This document shows, in pieces, positions 30,874-40,200 of a stretch of DNA of 64,000 nt. The notes beneath the pieces are model-generated. The model saw only the letters and a program-made list of their open reading frames with translations, had not been told where the DNA came from and searched no databases. The first letter of the stretch is position 1; each line of letters starts with the position of its first letter. The position numbers were made by a program, and so were the translations under genes. The DNA lies in assembly GCF_017498525.1 (NCBI RefSeq), contig NZ_CP071796.1:4098041-4162040 (forward strand), in the 5' to 3' direction. This DNA is from Ottowia testudinis (GTDB lineage: Bacteria; Pseudomonadota; Gammaproteobacteria; Burkholderiales; Burkholderiaceae_C).

Positions 30874-30925
30874 AACGCTTGCGCTTGCCAGTCAAGCGCA
30901 AGCAGCTATCAAAAACAAAGTGCCC
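30874..30925. repeat. Family A repeat (CGCTTGCGCTTGCCAGTCAAGCGCAAGCAGCTATCAAAAACAAAGTG)
   Basis: Between the flotillin stop and the zinc-ribbon gene. Confidence 0.75.
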
Positions 30926-30937
30926 AGCAAGAATGCA

Positions 30938-33064
30938 TCACTTGCGCAAGCCCCCCAGCAACGTTCGCAACGCCTCTTTCTCCGCGTCACTGCCCTGCGT
31001 GGCGATCTTGGTCAGCAGCGCCGTGATACCCAGGCTTTGCAACTCGCCCGACGACTGCCCGGCCGCGCCAAGCACCTGCTTCAGGTCTTCGACCACGTCG
31101 CGCTCGCCGCTGATCTGGTCCTTGAAGGCGACTTGCAGGGTCTGGCTCTTGCCTATCGTGGCGTCGATGCCCTTGCCCACCGACAGCGCGCGCACGAAGC
31201 TGTCGAAATATTCGCCCTGGCCGCCGACGATGTCGATCTTGGCGTTTTGCAGCGCGGTGCCCAGCACCTCGGCCTGCTCGCGGGCAATGGCCTGCTGCGC
31301 TTCGATGCCTTTGAGCGTCTCCAGGTGCGCGCGCTCCAGGCGCATGCGGTATTCCTCGTGCTGCCTGGTTTCAGCACTCATGGCTTTCATGGCTTCGAAC
31401 TTCTCTTTCAAACCGCGCGCCTCGGCGTTGAACTTGACGTCGATGTTGTGCGCCTCGGCATCGCCCTGCTTGGCCAGCGCTTCGGCGTCGACGGTGCGCA
31501 CCAGGGCTTCGGCCTGGCCGATCTTCTCCTTGCCCTCGGCCTCGGCGCCCATCTTGGCGCGCAGGCCCACGGCTTCGGCCTGCGCCTGCGCGGCGATGAC
31601 CTGGGCCTCGGCGCGGCCGACTTTCTCCTTGCCGGTGGCTTCGGCCTCCATCTGCGCCAGCTTGGCGCCGGCATCGGCCATTTGCACCTTGGCCTGCGCC
31701 AGGCCCGGCGCTGCGCTGATGGCTTCGACGCCCTCGGCTTCGCGCTTCTTGGCTTCGGCCTCTTTCTCGGCCACTTTCAGGCGCGCCTCGGCCAACACCT
31801 GCTCTTCGGATGCCTTGTGGCGCGCGCGGCGCTCCTGCGCTTCGGCGGCCTTGACCTCGGCCACCATTTTTTCCTCGGCCGCCGCCTGCGCGGTGATGAC
31901 CACCGCCTTGCCGGTGCGGTCGGCCTCGGCCACGGCGCGCACTTCCTTGATGGCTTCTTCCTGCTCGGCCACGGTGCGCTCGACCACGATGCGCTCGCGG
32001 ATCACGTCGGCGATCGCCTTCTTCTGCATCTCGACGGCCTTGTCGGCGTCGATGCGTTGCAGCGTCACTTCTTTCTCGCGCGCCACCACCTCCAGGTCCT
32101 TGGCGCGCGTCACGCGCTCTTGCTCGATGACGACGGCGCGCTTGCGGTTGTTCTCGGCCACCTCTTTCTCGCGCAGCACGTTTTCGTTCTGCACCGCCAC
32201 GGCCTGCTCGGCCTGCAGGCGGGCGAGTTCAGAGCGGGTGCGCTCTTCAGCCTGGATCTTGGCGGTCTCGGCCTCTTCGCGCGCTACCACGGTGGCGACT
32301 TCGCGCTTTTGGCGCGCGGTGGCGTCGGCCTGCTGGCGCTCCAGTTCCAATAGCGCCTCTTGCGTTTCGACGTTTTTCTTCTTGATCTGCATCTCTTCAT
32401 TGCGGCGCAGCTCGTTGGTGACCACGTGCTCCACGGCGGTCAGCTCGGTGATCTTCTTGATGCCCTGCGCGTCGAGGATGTTGTTGGTGTCCAGCCGCTC
32501 CAGCGGGGTTTGCTCCAGGTAGTCGATGGCGGCGTCTTCCAGCACGTAGCCCGACAGGTCGTCGCCGATCTGCTCGATGATCTTGTCGCGAAAGCGGTCG
32601 CGCGCCTGGTACAGCTCAACGAAGTCGAGCGACTTGCCCACCGTCTTGAGCGCCTCGGAGAACTTGGCCGAGAACAGGTCTTCCAGAATCTCGTGGTTGG
32701 ACGCGCGCTCGCAGCCGATGCCCTGGGCCACGCGCAGCACGTCTTCGGCGGTCTGGTTCACGCGCACGAAGAACTTGACCTTGATGTCGGCGCGGATGTT
32801 GTCCTGGCAGATCAGGCCCTGGTTGCCCGAGCGGTCGATCTCGATCGTCTTGATCGAGATGTCCATCAGCTCGGCCTTGTGGATGATGGGGTAGACCATG
32901 CGCCCGGTGAAGGTCACCTCGGGCTCGGCGCGCAGCGTGTTGACGATGAGCGCGTTGCCCTGCTCCACCTTGCGGTAAAACTTGGCGAACAGCGCGAACG
33001 CGCCCAGGATGAAGAGCACGAGCACGCCAACGGCGATCAGGATGAGCATCAGGGATTCGGACAT
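30938..33064 (-). CDS. Flotillin-family SPFH/band-7 protein (YqiK/FloT-like), 708 aa
   Basis: N-terminal transmembrane segment and SPFH domain, then a very long Glu/Ala/Lys/Arg/Gln-rich flotillin-type coiled coil (EA repeats). Confidence 0.9.
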   Translation of the reverse strand: MSESLMLILIAVGVLVLFILGAFALFAKFYRKVEQGNALIVNTLRAEPEVTFTGRMVYPIIHKAELMDISIKTIEIDRSGNQGLICQDNIRADIKVKFFVRVNQTAEDVLRVAQGIGCERASNHEILEDLFSAKFSEALKTVGKSLDFVELYQARDRFRDKIIEQIGDDLSGYVLEDAAIDYLEQTPLERLDTNNILDAQGIKKITELTAVEHVVTNELRRNEEMQIKKKNVETQEALLELERQQADATARQKREVATVVAREEAETAKIQAEERTRSELARLQAEQAVAVQNENVLREKEVAENNRKRAVVIEQERVTRAKDLEVVAREKEVTLQRIDADKAVEMQKKAIADVIRERIVVERTVAEQEEAIKEVRAVAEADRTGKAVVITAQAAAEEKMVAEVKAAEAQERRARHKASEEQVLAEARLKVAEKEAEAKKREAEGVEAISAAPGLAQAKVQMADAGAKLAQMEAEATGKEKVGRAEAQVIAAQAQAEAVGLRAKMGAEAEGKEKIGQAEALVRTVDAEALAKQGDAEAHNIDVKFNAEARGLKEKFEAMKAMSAETRQHEEYRMRLERAHLETLKGIEAQQAIAREQAEVLGTALQNAKIDIVGGQGEYFDSFVRALSVGKGIDATIGKSQTLQVAFKDQISGERDVVEDLKQVLGAAGQSSGELQSLGITALLTKIATQGSDAEKEALRTLLGGLRK

Positions 33065-33123
33065 GGCTCTCTTTCGGTCAGATCAGGACGAGGGGAAAAG
33101 GGTTGTGAGGTTGGTTTTTTTGA

Positions 33124-33320
33124 ACAGCCTGAACTTCCGGACGCAGAGGACGCAGAGGTTTCGCAGAGGACGCAGAAGGAACAGCCAAAAAGGATTTTTT
33201 AGCTCTCAAATTCATAGCGCACTACGCGGATTGCACGTGGACAAGCGGCGGATTTCGCCTTGTTTTTGAATTTTTTGCGTCCTCTGCGTCATCTTTGCGT
33301 CCTTGGCATGAGGCTGTTTG
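33124..33320. repeat. Family C MITE-like element, copy C1: terminal inverted repeats of tandem GACGCAGAGG units around an AT-rich core
   Basis: Left arm AACAGCCTGAACTTCCGGACGCAGAGGACGCAGAGG...; right arm is its reverse complement ...GCGTCCTCTGCGTCATCTTTGCGTCCTTGGCATGAGGCTGTTTGG. Inside the operon, between the NfeD-like and flotillin genes. Confidence 0.7.
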
Positions 33321-33324
33321 GAAT

Positions 33325-33975
33325 TCATTCATCTATCGGCAACACATCGACCCGATAGCGCAGCGTCGCTGCGTCGTAATCGGTCACCAGCGCGCGGTCG
33401 CCGCGCTTGAAGGGGTTGGGGCTGGGCGCCCACACGCGGATGTTGATGCTGGCGCCGCGCTGGGCGACTTCGGCGCGGCCCTGGCGCTCGTCCACGGTGC
33501 CGGTGAGGATGCGGCACACCTGCCCCACCAGCGCGGCGTTGGTTTGCGCCGTGTGCGTCACGAACAGGCCGCGCAGCGGGCGCACCAGGCGCGCGGTGAC
33601 GATGATCGACAGCGCCGCCGCCAGCGCCAGCACCACGCCACCGGCCAGGGCGTGCAGCGGCGCGGTGGGCACCAGCGGCAGCACCAGCACGCTGGCCAGC
33701 GCGGTGAACAGCCAACCCACCAGCACCAGCAGGCTGATGGCAATCGAAAACGGCACGCCGTTCAGGCCCATGGCCACCACGTAGCTGGCCAGCGTGCCCA
33801 GATCCTCGGGGCTGGCGTCGGCGTGGGTGTCGATGTCGACGTCGATGCCGCTCGACTCAAAGTCGACCATGCCCAGCAGCGCCAGCAGCCAGTAGATCAA
33901 CACCACGCCCAGCAGCACGGTGTAGACCATCGTCGGCCAGGACGTGATCACGGTCAGCACGGAAGCGGCGGGCAT
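33325..33975 (-). CDS. NfeD/YqiJ-like membrane protein (flotillin-associated, C-terminal OB-fold)
   Basis: Multiple transmembrane helices, then a soluble C-terminal domain (VRPLRGLFVTHTAQTNAALVGQVCRILTGTVDERQGRAEV...). The pairing upstream of a flotillin gene is the classic yqiJ-yqiK arrangement. Confidence 0.7.
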   Translation of the reverse strand: MPAASVLTVITSWPTMVYTVLLGVVLIYWLLALLGMVDFESSGIDVDIDTHADASPEDLGTLASYVVAMGLNGVPFSIAISLLVLVGWLFTALASVLVLPLVPTAPLHALAGGVVLALAAALSIIVTARLVRPLRGLFVTHTAQTNAALVGQVCRILTGTVDERQGRAEVAQRGASINIRVWAPSPNPFKRGDRALVTDYDAATLRYRVDVLPIDE

Positions 33976-34007
33976 GGTTCTGGTTCCCTCTCGATGAATG
34001 ATGATGC

Positions 34008-34102
34008 TTTTATTTTTATAGCTGCTGGCGCTTTCCAGTCTTCGTTTTCAAATCATTTTCCTCTGAAACTGGCTCCCGACAAGCGCAAGCAGCTATGTTT
34101 TT
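34008..34102. repeat. Family A repeat with enlarged loop (ATAGCTGCTGGCGCTTTCCAGTC ...45 bp... GACAAGCGCAAGCAGCTATG)
   Basis: The two arms match the family A half-sites but are separated by an AT-rich 45-bp insert. The right arm overlaps the stop of the 34093-34449 ORF. Confidence 0.55.
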
Positions 34103-34449
34103 TGCTTCAGCTTGCCGCGCCGGGGCGCCTGGGCAAAGCCGATCAACTCGCGCGTGGCCGCTTCCTTGATGGCCAGGCGGTCGTCCGCGGGCAGCCCATA
34201 ACGGTTCGCCAGCACATCGTAATCATCGCCGCTCAAGGTGACCGTGAGGCGCGGGCGCTTGGGCCGCTCGGCCGCCACGGGCAGGCCGAGCAGCAGGCGG
34301 ATCTGCGTGGAGGTGGACACGTTGGCTTCGAACGCGGCCACGCGCACCGCCTCCATCACCGCCTCTTCCACGTCGAACGCCACCTGCACGGCGCGCAGCG
34401 CGCTGTCCGAGCCCTGCCAGCGCGCCGGCTTGGCGGGCAAGGGGCTCAT
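34093..34449 (-). CDS. Hypothetical protein (118 aa), translationally coupled to the upstream PspA-family gene
   Basis: Its ATG overlaps the stop of the 34446-35180 gene (ATGA). No recognised domain. Confidence 0.5.
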   Translation of the reverse strand: MSPLPAKPARWQGSDSALRAVQVAFDVEEAVMEAVRVAAFEANVSTSTQIRLLLGLPVAAERPKRPRLTVTLSGDDYDVLANRYGLPADDRLAIKEAATRELIGFAQAPRRGKLKQKT

Positions 34450-35180
34450 GCGGCGTCCGGTTTGGGGGCGGGCAGCGCGGGCGCGGCGGCGGTCTGGCGG
34501 GCACGGATGCGCGCCATCACCTCGGCGGCGCGCACCTTGGGGTTGTCGCCAATGCCGGCCTCGGCCAGCTTGCGCTCCAGCGCGCGGTGGCCGAATTCGG
34601 CGTCCAACTCGTCGGCGGCGGCCATGCGGTCGGCCAGGTCGTTGTGGCGCTGCTTGATGCGCTCCAGCGACTGGCGCGCCGTCACCAACTGCGAGCCGCT
34701 GGCGCCCATGCTGTCGGCAATTTTCTGCGTGGCGCGGTACACGCTTTCGGTGGTCTTGGCGATGCCGATCTCGCGCTCGTGCTCGCGCACGCGGGCTTCG
34801 GCGGCGCGGATCAGGTCTTTCAACCGGCCCACTTGCAGCGCGTAGGCGGCGTGCGCCTGGGTCTGCTCGGCCAGCTCGGTTTCGAGCGCGGCCACGCGCT
34901 CGGCCACTTCCAGCGCCAGCGGCTCGTTGGCCTTGTCCAGCGCCTGCACGGCCAGGTCTTCGTGGCGGCGGATGTCGCCCTGGATGCGTTCGATCTCGCG
35001 CGCGCTCTGCTTTTCCTTGGCCATCACGCCGGTGAGTTCGGTCTTAGCCTCGTTCACGCTGGCCTTGGCGTCGATGATTTCCTGCTCGTAGATGCGGGTG
35101 GCGTTGGCATCCACCAGGCTCTGGCCCAGTTCGCGCGTGCTGCCGCGCAGCAGGGTGACGAGTTTCTTGATGACGGACAT
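34446..35180 (-). CDS. PspA/IM30 (Vipp1/ESCRT-III-like) family protein, YjfJ-like
   Basis: MSVIKKLVTLLRGSTRELGQSLVDANATRIYEQEIIDAKASVNEAKTELTGVMAKEKQ...; the N-terminal amphipathic helix plus long coiled coil is typical of PspA/IM30. Confidence 0.85.
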   Translation of the reverse strand: MSVIKKLVTLLRGSTRELGQSLVDANATRIYEQEIIDAKASVNEAKTELTGVMAKEKQSAREIERIQGDIRRHEDLAVQALDKANEPLALEVAERVAALETELAEQTQAHAAYALQVGRLKDLIRAAEARVREHEREIGIAKTTESVYRATQKIADSMGASGSQLVTARQSLERIKQRHNDLADRMAAADELDAEFGHRALERKLAEAGIGDNPKVRAAEVMARIRARQTAAAPALPAPKPDAA

Positions 35181-35212
35181 GGCGGTTCTCCTTGTCGGTT
35201 GAATGGGGGCGG

Positions 35213-35632
35213 TTACTTCAGGAATTCGGCCAGCGCATCGAGCGCATCGAGCGCGTTGTCGGACAGCACGGCCACCTCATGCGCCACGTCTTCGGGCCGC
35301 GCGCCGCGCGCCAGCGCGCCGGTCAGCACGTAGCGCCCGCCTATGCGGCCAAACGACGACAGCGGCACCGAGGGATTCAAATCGAGCATGGCTTCGAGCA
35401 GCTCGACGTGGCGCTCGGGCCGCACGTCGGCCTCGGTCCACAGGTAGCACAGGCAGATGATTTGCGTGTCGGAGCAGGTGACGAAGATCGGCAGCTCGTC
35501 GCGCCCTTCGATGCTGACTTGCAGCACCGGCACATCGCCCGTGATGGGCTGCAACTGCACCTGGGCGCCGCCCATCAGCGCAGCAGTAAGCGTGTCGAGC
35601 TGGCGCAGTTGCTGCAACAAGGTGGCCGGCAT
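35213..35632 (-). CDS. Hypothetical protein upstream of the PspA-family gene (YjfI-like position), about 139 aa
   Basis: GGAGGG lies 7 nt before the ATG. The conserved pairing with a PspA-family gene resembles E. coli yjfI-yjfJ. The family assignment is tentative. Confidence 0.5.
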   Translation of the reverse strand: MPATLLQQLRQLDTLTAALMGGAQVQLQPITGDVPVLQVSIEGRDELPIFVTCSDTQIICLCYLWTEADVRPERHVELLEAMLDLNPSVPLSSFGRIGGRYVLTGALARGARPEDVAHEVAVLSDNALDALDALAEFLK

Positions 35633-35737
35633 GTCGAATCCCTCCATCGTTGGTGGCCGCACCGGGTGATGCGGTGTCGCCATATTATGTCCAACGACAT
35701 GATATGTCAAACGATTTTGTTCGGCGTCTGGTGGCAA

Positions 35738-35898
35738 AAACAGCCGGACGCGAAGGACGCGAAAAAGACAAAAATCTTCTGGCCTATGGGGTCGTTGGCC
35801 GCGCCATCACGAACGATGTGTCACGAGCCGAACAAGAATTTTTTGAATTCTTTCGCGTCTTTCGCGCAATCTTCGCGCCCTTCGCGTAAGGGCTGTTT
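35738..35898. repeat. Family C MITE-like element, copy C2 (arms built from GACGCGAAGG / CGCGAA units)
   Basis: Left arm AAACAGCCGGACGCGAAGGACGCGAAAAAGAC; right arm is the reverse complement of AAACAGCCCTTACGCGAAGGGCGCGAAGATTGCGCGAAAGACGCGAAAG. Its end includes the RND stop codon. Confidence 0.7.
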
Positions 35899-38800
35899 AT
35901 GTCGCGCGCTCCCCGCCACCCCGCCAGCGCCGCTTCACCCACTCCGCCACGTCGTCCACATACGTGAACACCGCCGGAATCACCAACAGGCTCAAGAAAG
36001 TGGAGGTGATCAGGCCACCAATCACCGCCACCGCCATCGGCGAGCGAAAGCTGGGGTCTGAGCCGCCCCAGCCAATCGCAATCGGCAGCATGCCGGCGCC
36101 CATGGCCAGCGTGGTCATGATGATGGGGCGCGCGCGTTTGTGGCAGGCGTCCATCAACGCTTCAAACCGATTCAGCCCATGCTCGCGCCGCGCCAGGATG
36201 GCGTATTCGACCAGCAGGATCGAGTTCTTGGTCGCCACACCCATCAGCATGATCAGGCCGATCAGCGAGGGCATCGACAGCGACTTGCCCGCCAGCAGCA
36301 GCCCCACGAAGGCGCCGCCCAGCGACAGTGGCAGCGCCGCCAGAATCGTGATGGGGTGCAGCACGTGGTGAAACAGCAGCACCAGCACCAGGTAGATGCA
36401 CAGGATGCCCGTCAGCATGGCCAGACCAAAGCCCAGAAACAGCTCGCCCATCACCTCGGCATCGCCCACCTCGACCACGCGCACACCGGCGGGCAGCGTC
36501 TTGACCGAAGGCAGCTCCTTCACCTTGGCCGCCACGTCGCCCAGCGGCTGACCCGACAGTTCCACTTCCAGATTCACGTTGCGCGCGCGGTCGTAGCGGT
36601 TGATGACCGCGGGGCCGCCCGAGAGGCTGAGGGCCGCCACCTGCGACAGCGGCACCGGGCCCTTGCTGCCGGGCACGTGCAGGCGCGCCAGCACATCGAG
36701 GTTCTTGCGCGCGTCGGCGTCGAGCTTGACCACGATGGGGATCTGCCGCTGCGCCAGGTTGAGCTTGGGCAACTGCGCGTCGTAATCGCCCAGCGTGGCC
36801 ACGCGCAGCGTGTCGGCAATGGCGCTGCTGGTCACGCCCAGGTCGGCGGCGCGGGCAAAGTCGGGTTTGACGGCGATCTCGGGCCGCACCAGGCTGGCCG
36901 TGCTGGTCACGCTGCCCAAGCCGGGCACGGTGCGCAAATCGCTTTCGACCGCGCGGGCGGCCTGCGTCAGCGCGTGCGGGTCGTCGCCTTGCAGCACCAG
37001 AATGTATTTCTCGCCCGAGCCGCCCAGGCCGATCTTGCTGCGCACGCCGGGCAGGCCCGCGATGAGCCGGCGCAGCTCGGCTTCCACCGCCTGCTTCACC
37101 GGCCGCTCGCCGCGCGCGGCCAGCTGAATGGTGAGCGTGGCCTTGCGCACATCGGCGGCGCCGGCCGAGAACGGATCGCCCCCGGCCGAGCCGCCACCGA
37201 TGGTGGTGTACACGCTCTTGATGTATTGGTTTTTGAGCAATTGCGCCCGCGCTGCCTCGGCCGTGCGCTCAGTTTCTTGTAGCGTCGATCCGGGCGGCAG
37301 CTCCAGGTACACCTGGGTTTGGGAGTTGTCGTCGGGCGTGATGAAGGCGGTGGGCAGCAGCGGCACCAGCGCCAGCGAGCCGATGAAAAAAGCCAGCGCC
37401 CCCAGCAGCGTGAGCAGCCGGTGCCGCACGCACCACGCCGCCCAGCGACCGTACACGCGCAGCCAGCGCGGGTCTTCGTGGCCGCCCGCCAGCGGCTTCA
37501 TCAGGTACGCCGCCATCATGGGCGTCAGCATGCGCGCCACGACCAGAGAAGCAAACACCGCCAGCGACGCCGTCCAGCCGAACTGCTTGAAGAACTTGCC
37601 GACCACGCCGCTCATGAAGGCGGTTGGCAGAAACACCGCGATCAGCGTGAAGGTGGTGGCGATCACGGCCAGGCCGATCTCGTCGGCCGCTTCCATGGCC
37701 GCCTGGTAGGGCGATTTGCCCATGCGCAGGTGGCGCACGATGTTCTCTACCTCGACAATGGCGTCGTCCACCAGGATGCCGATCACCAGCGACAGCGCCA
37801 GCAGCGACACGATGTTGATCGAGAAGCCGAAGAAGTACATGCCGATCAGCGCCGGCAGCACCGACATCGGCAGCGCCACCGCCGACACGAACGTGGCGCG
37901 CCCGTTGCGCAGAAACAGCCACACCACCAGCACCGCCAGCACGGCGCCTTCGCCCAGCATCTTGAGCGAGGCGTGGTATTCCTCCTCGACCGGGGTGACG
38001 AAGTCGAACGCCTCGGTGAACTGCAAGTCGGGGTGCGCCGCGCGCAGCTCGGCCAGCGCGGCGCGCACGCCGGCGCCCACCTCGACCTCGCTGGCGCCGC
38101 GGCTGCGCGCCACCTCGAAGCCCACCACTTTCTGGCCATTGAGCAGCGCGGCGGCGCGCGGCTCGGCCACGCTGTCGGCCACGCTGGCCACCTGATCCAG
38201 CCGCACGCTGCGCCCGTCTTGCAGCGCAATCGGCAGCGCGCGCAGTTCATCGGCCGTGCCCACGGTGGCCAGCGTGCGCACCGGCTGCTCGCCCGCGCCC
38301 AGGTCGACGCGGCCGCCGGCGCTTTCCATCTGCACCTGGCGCAGCTGGCGCGACACGTCGGCGGCGGTCACACCCAGGCCTTGCAGGCGCACCGGATCGA
38401 GCGCCACCTGCACCTGCCGATCGGCCCCGCCCACGCGGTTGACCGCGCCCACGCCCGGAATCGCCAGCAGCCGCTTGGCGATGTCGTTGTCGACGAACCA
38501 CGACAGGTCGGCATCGCTCATGCGCCGGGACGACAGCGCATAGGCCAGCATGGGCTGCGCCGCCAGATCGAGCTTGCTGACGATGGGCTCGCGCACATCG
38601 CCCGGCAAATCGCCCCGCACGCGCGAGACGGCCGAGCGCACGTCGTCCAGCGCCTCCTGCAAGTCTTTTTCGAGCCGGAACTCGACCATGATCGACACCG
38701 AGCCATCGACGATGCTGGTGCTGATGTGCTTGACGCCCTGCACCGTGGCCAGGCTGTTCTCGATCTTGCGCGCGACCTCGTTCTCCAGCTGGCCCGGCGT

Positions 38801-38962
38801 GGCGCCCGGCAGCGCCGCCACCACGTTGACCATGGGCATGTCGATGTCGGGAAAGTTCTGCACCTTCATCTGATGGAAGCTGAACAGCCCCCCCAGCGTG
38901 AGCAGCAGAAACAGCATCAGCGTCGGTACCGGGTTGCGGATCGACCAGGCGGAAAAGTTCAT
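35897..38962 (-). CDS. RND efflux transporter permease (AcrB/AcrD/AcrF superfamily), 1021 aa
   Basis: 12-transmembrane RND topology with large periplasmic loops. N-terminus MNFSAWSIRNPVPTLMLFLLLTLGG. Confidence 0.95.
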   Translation of the reverse strand: MNFSAWSIRNPVPTLMLFLLLTLGGLFSFHQMKVQNFPDIDMPMVNVVAALPGATPGQLENEVARKIENSLATVQGVKHISTSIVDGSVSIMVEFRLEKDLQEALDDVRSAVSRVRGDLPGDVREPIVSKLDLAAQPMLAYALSSRRMSDADLSWFVDNDIAKRLLAIPGVGAVNRVGGADRQVQVALDPVRLQGLGVTAADVSRQLRQVQMESAGGRVDLGAGEQPVRTLATVGTADELRALPIALQDGRSVRLDQVASVADSVAEPRAAALLNGQKVVGFEVARSRGASEVEVGAGVRAALAELRAAHPDLQFTEAFDFVTPVEEEYHASLKMLGEGAVLAVLVVWLFLRNGRATFVSAVALPMSVLPALIGMYFFGFSINIVSLLALSLVIGILVDDAIVEVENIVRHLRMGKSPYQAAMEAADEIGLAVIATTFTLIAVFLPTAFMSGVVGKFFKQFGWTASLAVFASLVVARMLTPMMAAYLMKPLAGGHEDPRWLRVYGRWAAWCVRHRLLTLLGALAFFIGSLALVPLLPTAFITPDDNSQTQVYLELPPGSTLQETERTAEAARAQLLKNQYIKSVYTTIGGGSAGGDPFSAGAADVRKATLTIQLAARGERPVKQAVEAELRRLIAGLPGVRSKIGLGGSGEKYILVLQGDDPHALTQAARAVESDLRTVPGLGSVTSTASLVRPEIAVKPDFARAADLGVTSSAIADTLRVATLGDYDAQLPKLNLAQRQIPIVVKLDADARKNLDVLARLHVPGSKGPVPLSQVAALSLSGGPAVINRYDRARNVNLEVELSGQPLGDVAAKVKELPSVKTLPAGVRVVEVGDAEVMGELFLGFGLAMLTGILCIYLVLVLLFHHVLHPITILAALPLSLGGAFVGLLLAGKSLSMPSLIGLIMLMGVATKNSILLVEYAILARREHGLNRFEALMDACHKRARPIIMTTLAMGAGMLPIAIGWGGSDPSFRSPMAVAVIGGLITSTFLSLLVIPAVFTYVDDVAEWVKRRWRGGGERAT

Positions 38963-38976
38963 GGCGGCGGCGGGAT

Positions 38977-39016
38977 TGAATAGCTATTTATTTAATAGCT
39001 GTTTGCGCTTGATTGG
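38977..39016. repeat. Family A-like AT/GC palindrome (AATAGCTATTTATTTAATAGCTGTTTGCGCTTGATTGG), overlapping the 3' end of the periplasmic adaptor gene
   Basis: It encodes the last residues (..ANQAQTAIK*) of the 38988-40142 product and reaches the RND start region. Confidence 0.5.
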
Positions 39017-40142
39017 CGGGCGCAGCAGGCGCTTTTGGCACTGAATCGGCCACCACCTGCACCAGATCGCCGTCGTTCAGGAAGGCGCCGCCCTGCACCA
39101 CCACGCGGGCGCCCGCGTCCAGCCCGCCCGTGATTTCAACCCGCCCGCCGGCCAGCCGCCCGGTCTGCACGCGCAGCAGCTGCACGCGGTCGCCCTCGCC
39201 CAGCTTCAGCACGTGGGCAAAGCCGTCGCGCATGACGATGGCGTCTTGCGGCACCGTCAGCGCCTCGCCCTGGCCGATGGCGATGCGCCCGCGCGCGAAC
39301 ATGCCGGCGCGCGCCGGGCCGCCGCGCGGCAGGTCAACGTAGACGATGGCAAAGCGCGTCTTCGGGTCCACCGTGGGCGCCAGCTGGCGCACGGTGCCGG
39401 TGAGCGGCGGCGCGGCGGCATCGGGCGCGCCGGGCAAGTCGATCCGCACCGCCTGGCCGGCTCGGATGGCGGGCAGGTCTTCAGCCATCACCTCGCCGCG
39501 CCATTCCAGCCGGCCCTGGCGCACCATGCGGAACAGCTCGGTGCCGGGCGCCACCACCTGGCCCACGGTGGCCATGCGGGCGGAAATGACGCCGGCATCG
39601 GGCGCCAGCACCTGCGTGTTGCGCACGCGCAGCGCCTGGCTGCCGACCACGGCGCGCGCCGCCTCGACCCGGGCGCGGGCGGTTTTCTCGGCCGTCACAT
39701 ATTGGTTGATCTGCTGCTGGCTCAAAGCGCCGCTGGATTGCACGGCGCGCGCGCGTTCGGCGTTGCCGCGCGCATCGGCGTGGGCGGCTTCGGCCTCGGC
39801 CAGGCTGGCGCGCGCCTGCGCCTGGTCTTGCTGCACGGGCGCGGCGTCGAAGGTGGCCAGCACCTGGCCTTTTCTCACCACGTCGCCCACGTTCACGCGC
39901 ACATCGGCCAGCCGCAGGCCGCCCACGTCGGCGCCCACGCTGGCCTCTTGCCAGGCGGCGATGTTGCCATTGGCGGTGATTTCGCGCGTCAGGTTCTGGC
40001 GCTCAGGGTGCGCCACGGTCACGGTGAGCGCGGGGCGCGGCGCGCTGGCGGCCGCTTGCGGGCCATTGGCGGCGCCGTCTTTCTGGCCGCAGGCGGCAAG
40101 CGCCAGGGCGGCGGCCAAAAGCATGGTGGGGATGGATTTCAT
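38988..40142 (-). CDS. RND efflux periplasmic adaptor subunit (MFP/HlyD family) lipoprotein
   Basis: Lipobox LALAAC. Biotinyl-lipoyl-like and beta-barrel regions. Confidence 0.9.
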   Translation of the reverse strand: MKSIPTMLLAAALALAACGQKDGAANGPQAAASAPRPALTVTVAHPERQNLTREITANGNIAAWQEASVGADVGGLRLADVRVNVGDVVRKGQVLATFDAAPVQQDQAQARASLAEAEAAHADARGNAERARAVQSSGALSQQQINQYVTAEKTARARVEAARAVVGSQALRVRNTQVLAPDAGVISARMATVGQVVAPGTELFRMVRQGRLEWRGEVMAEDLPAIRAGQAVRIDLPGAPDAAAPPLTGTVRQLAPTVDPKTRFAIVYVDLPRGGPARAGMFARGRIAIGQGEALTVPQDAIVMRDGFAHVLKLGEGDRVQLLRVQTGRLAGGRVEITGGLDAGARVVVQGGAFLNDGDLVQVVADSVPKAPAAPANQAQTAIK

Positions 40143-40200
40143 CGGTGATTCCTGGGGCGCTGCTCGGGCGCGCTGATCGCTGTCGCGAAGCCGTGGTGAT

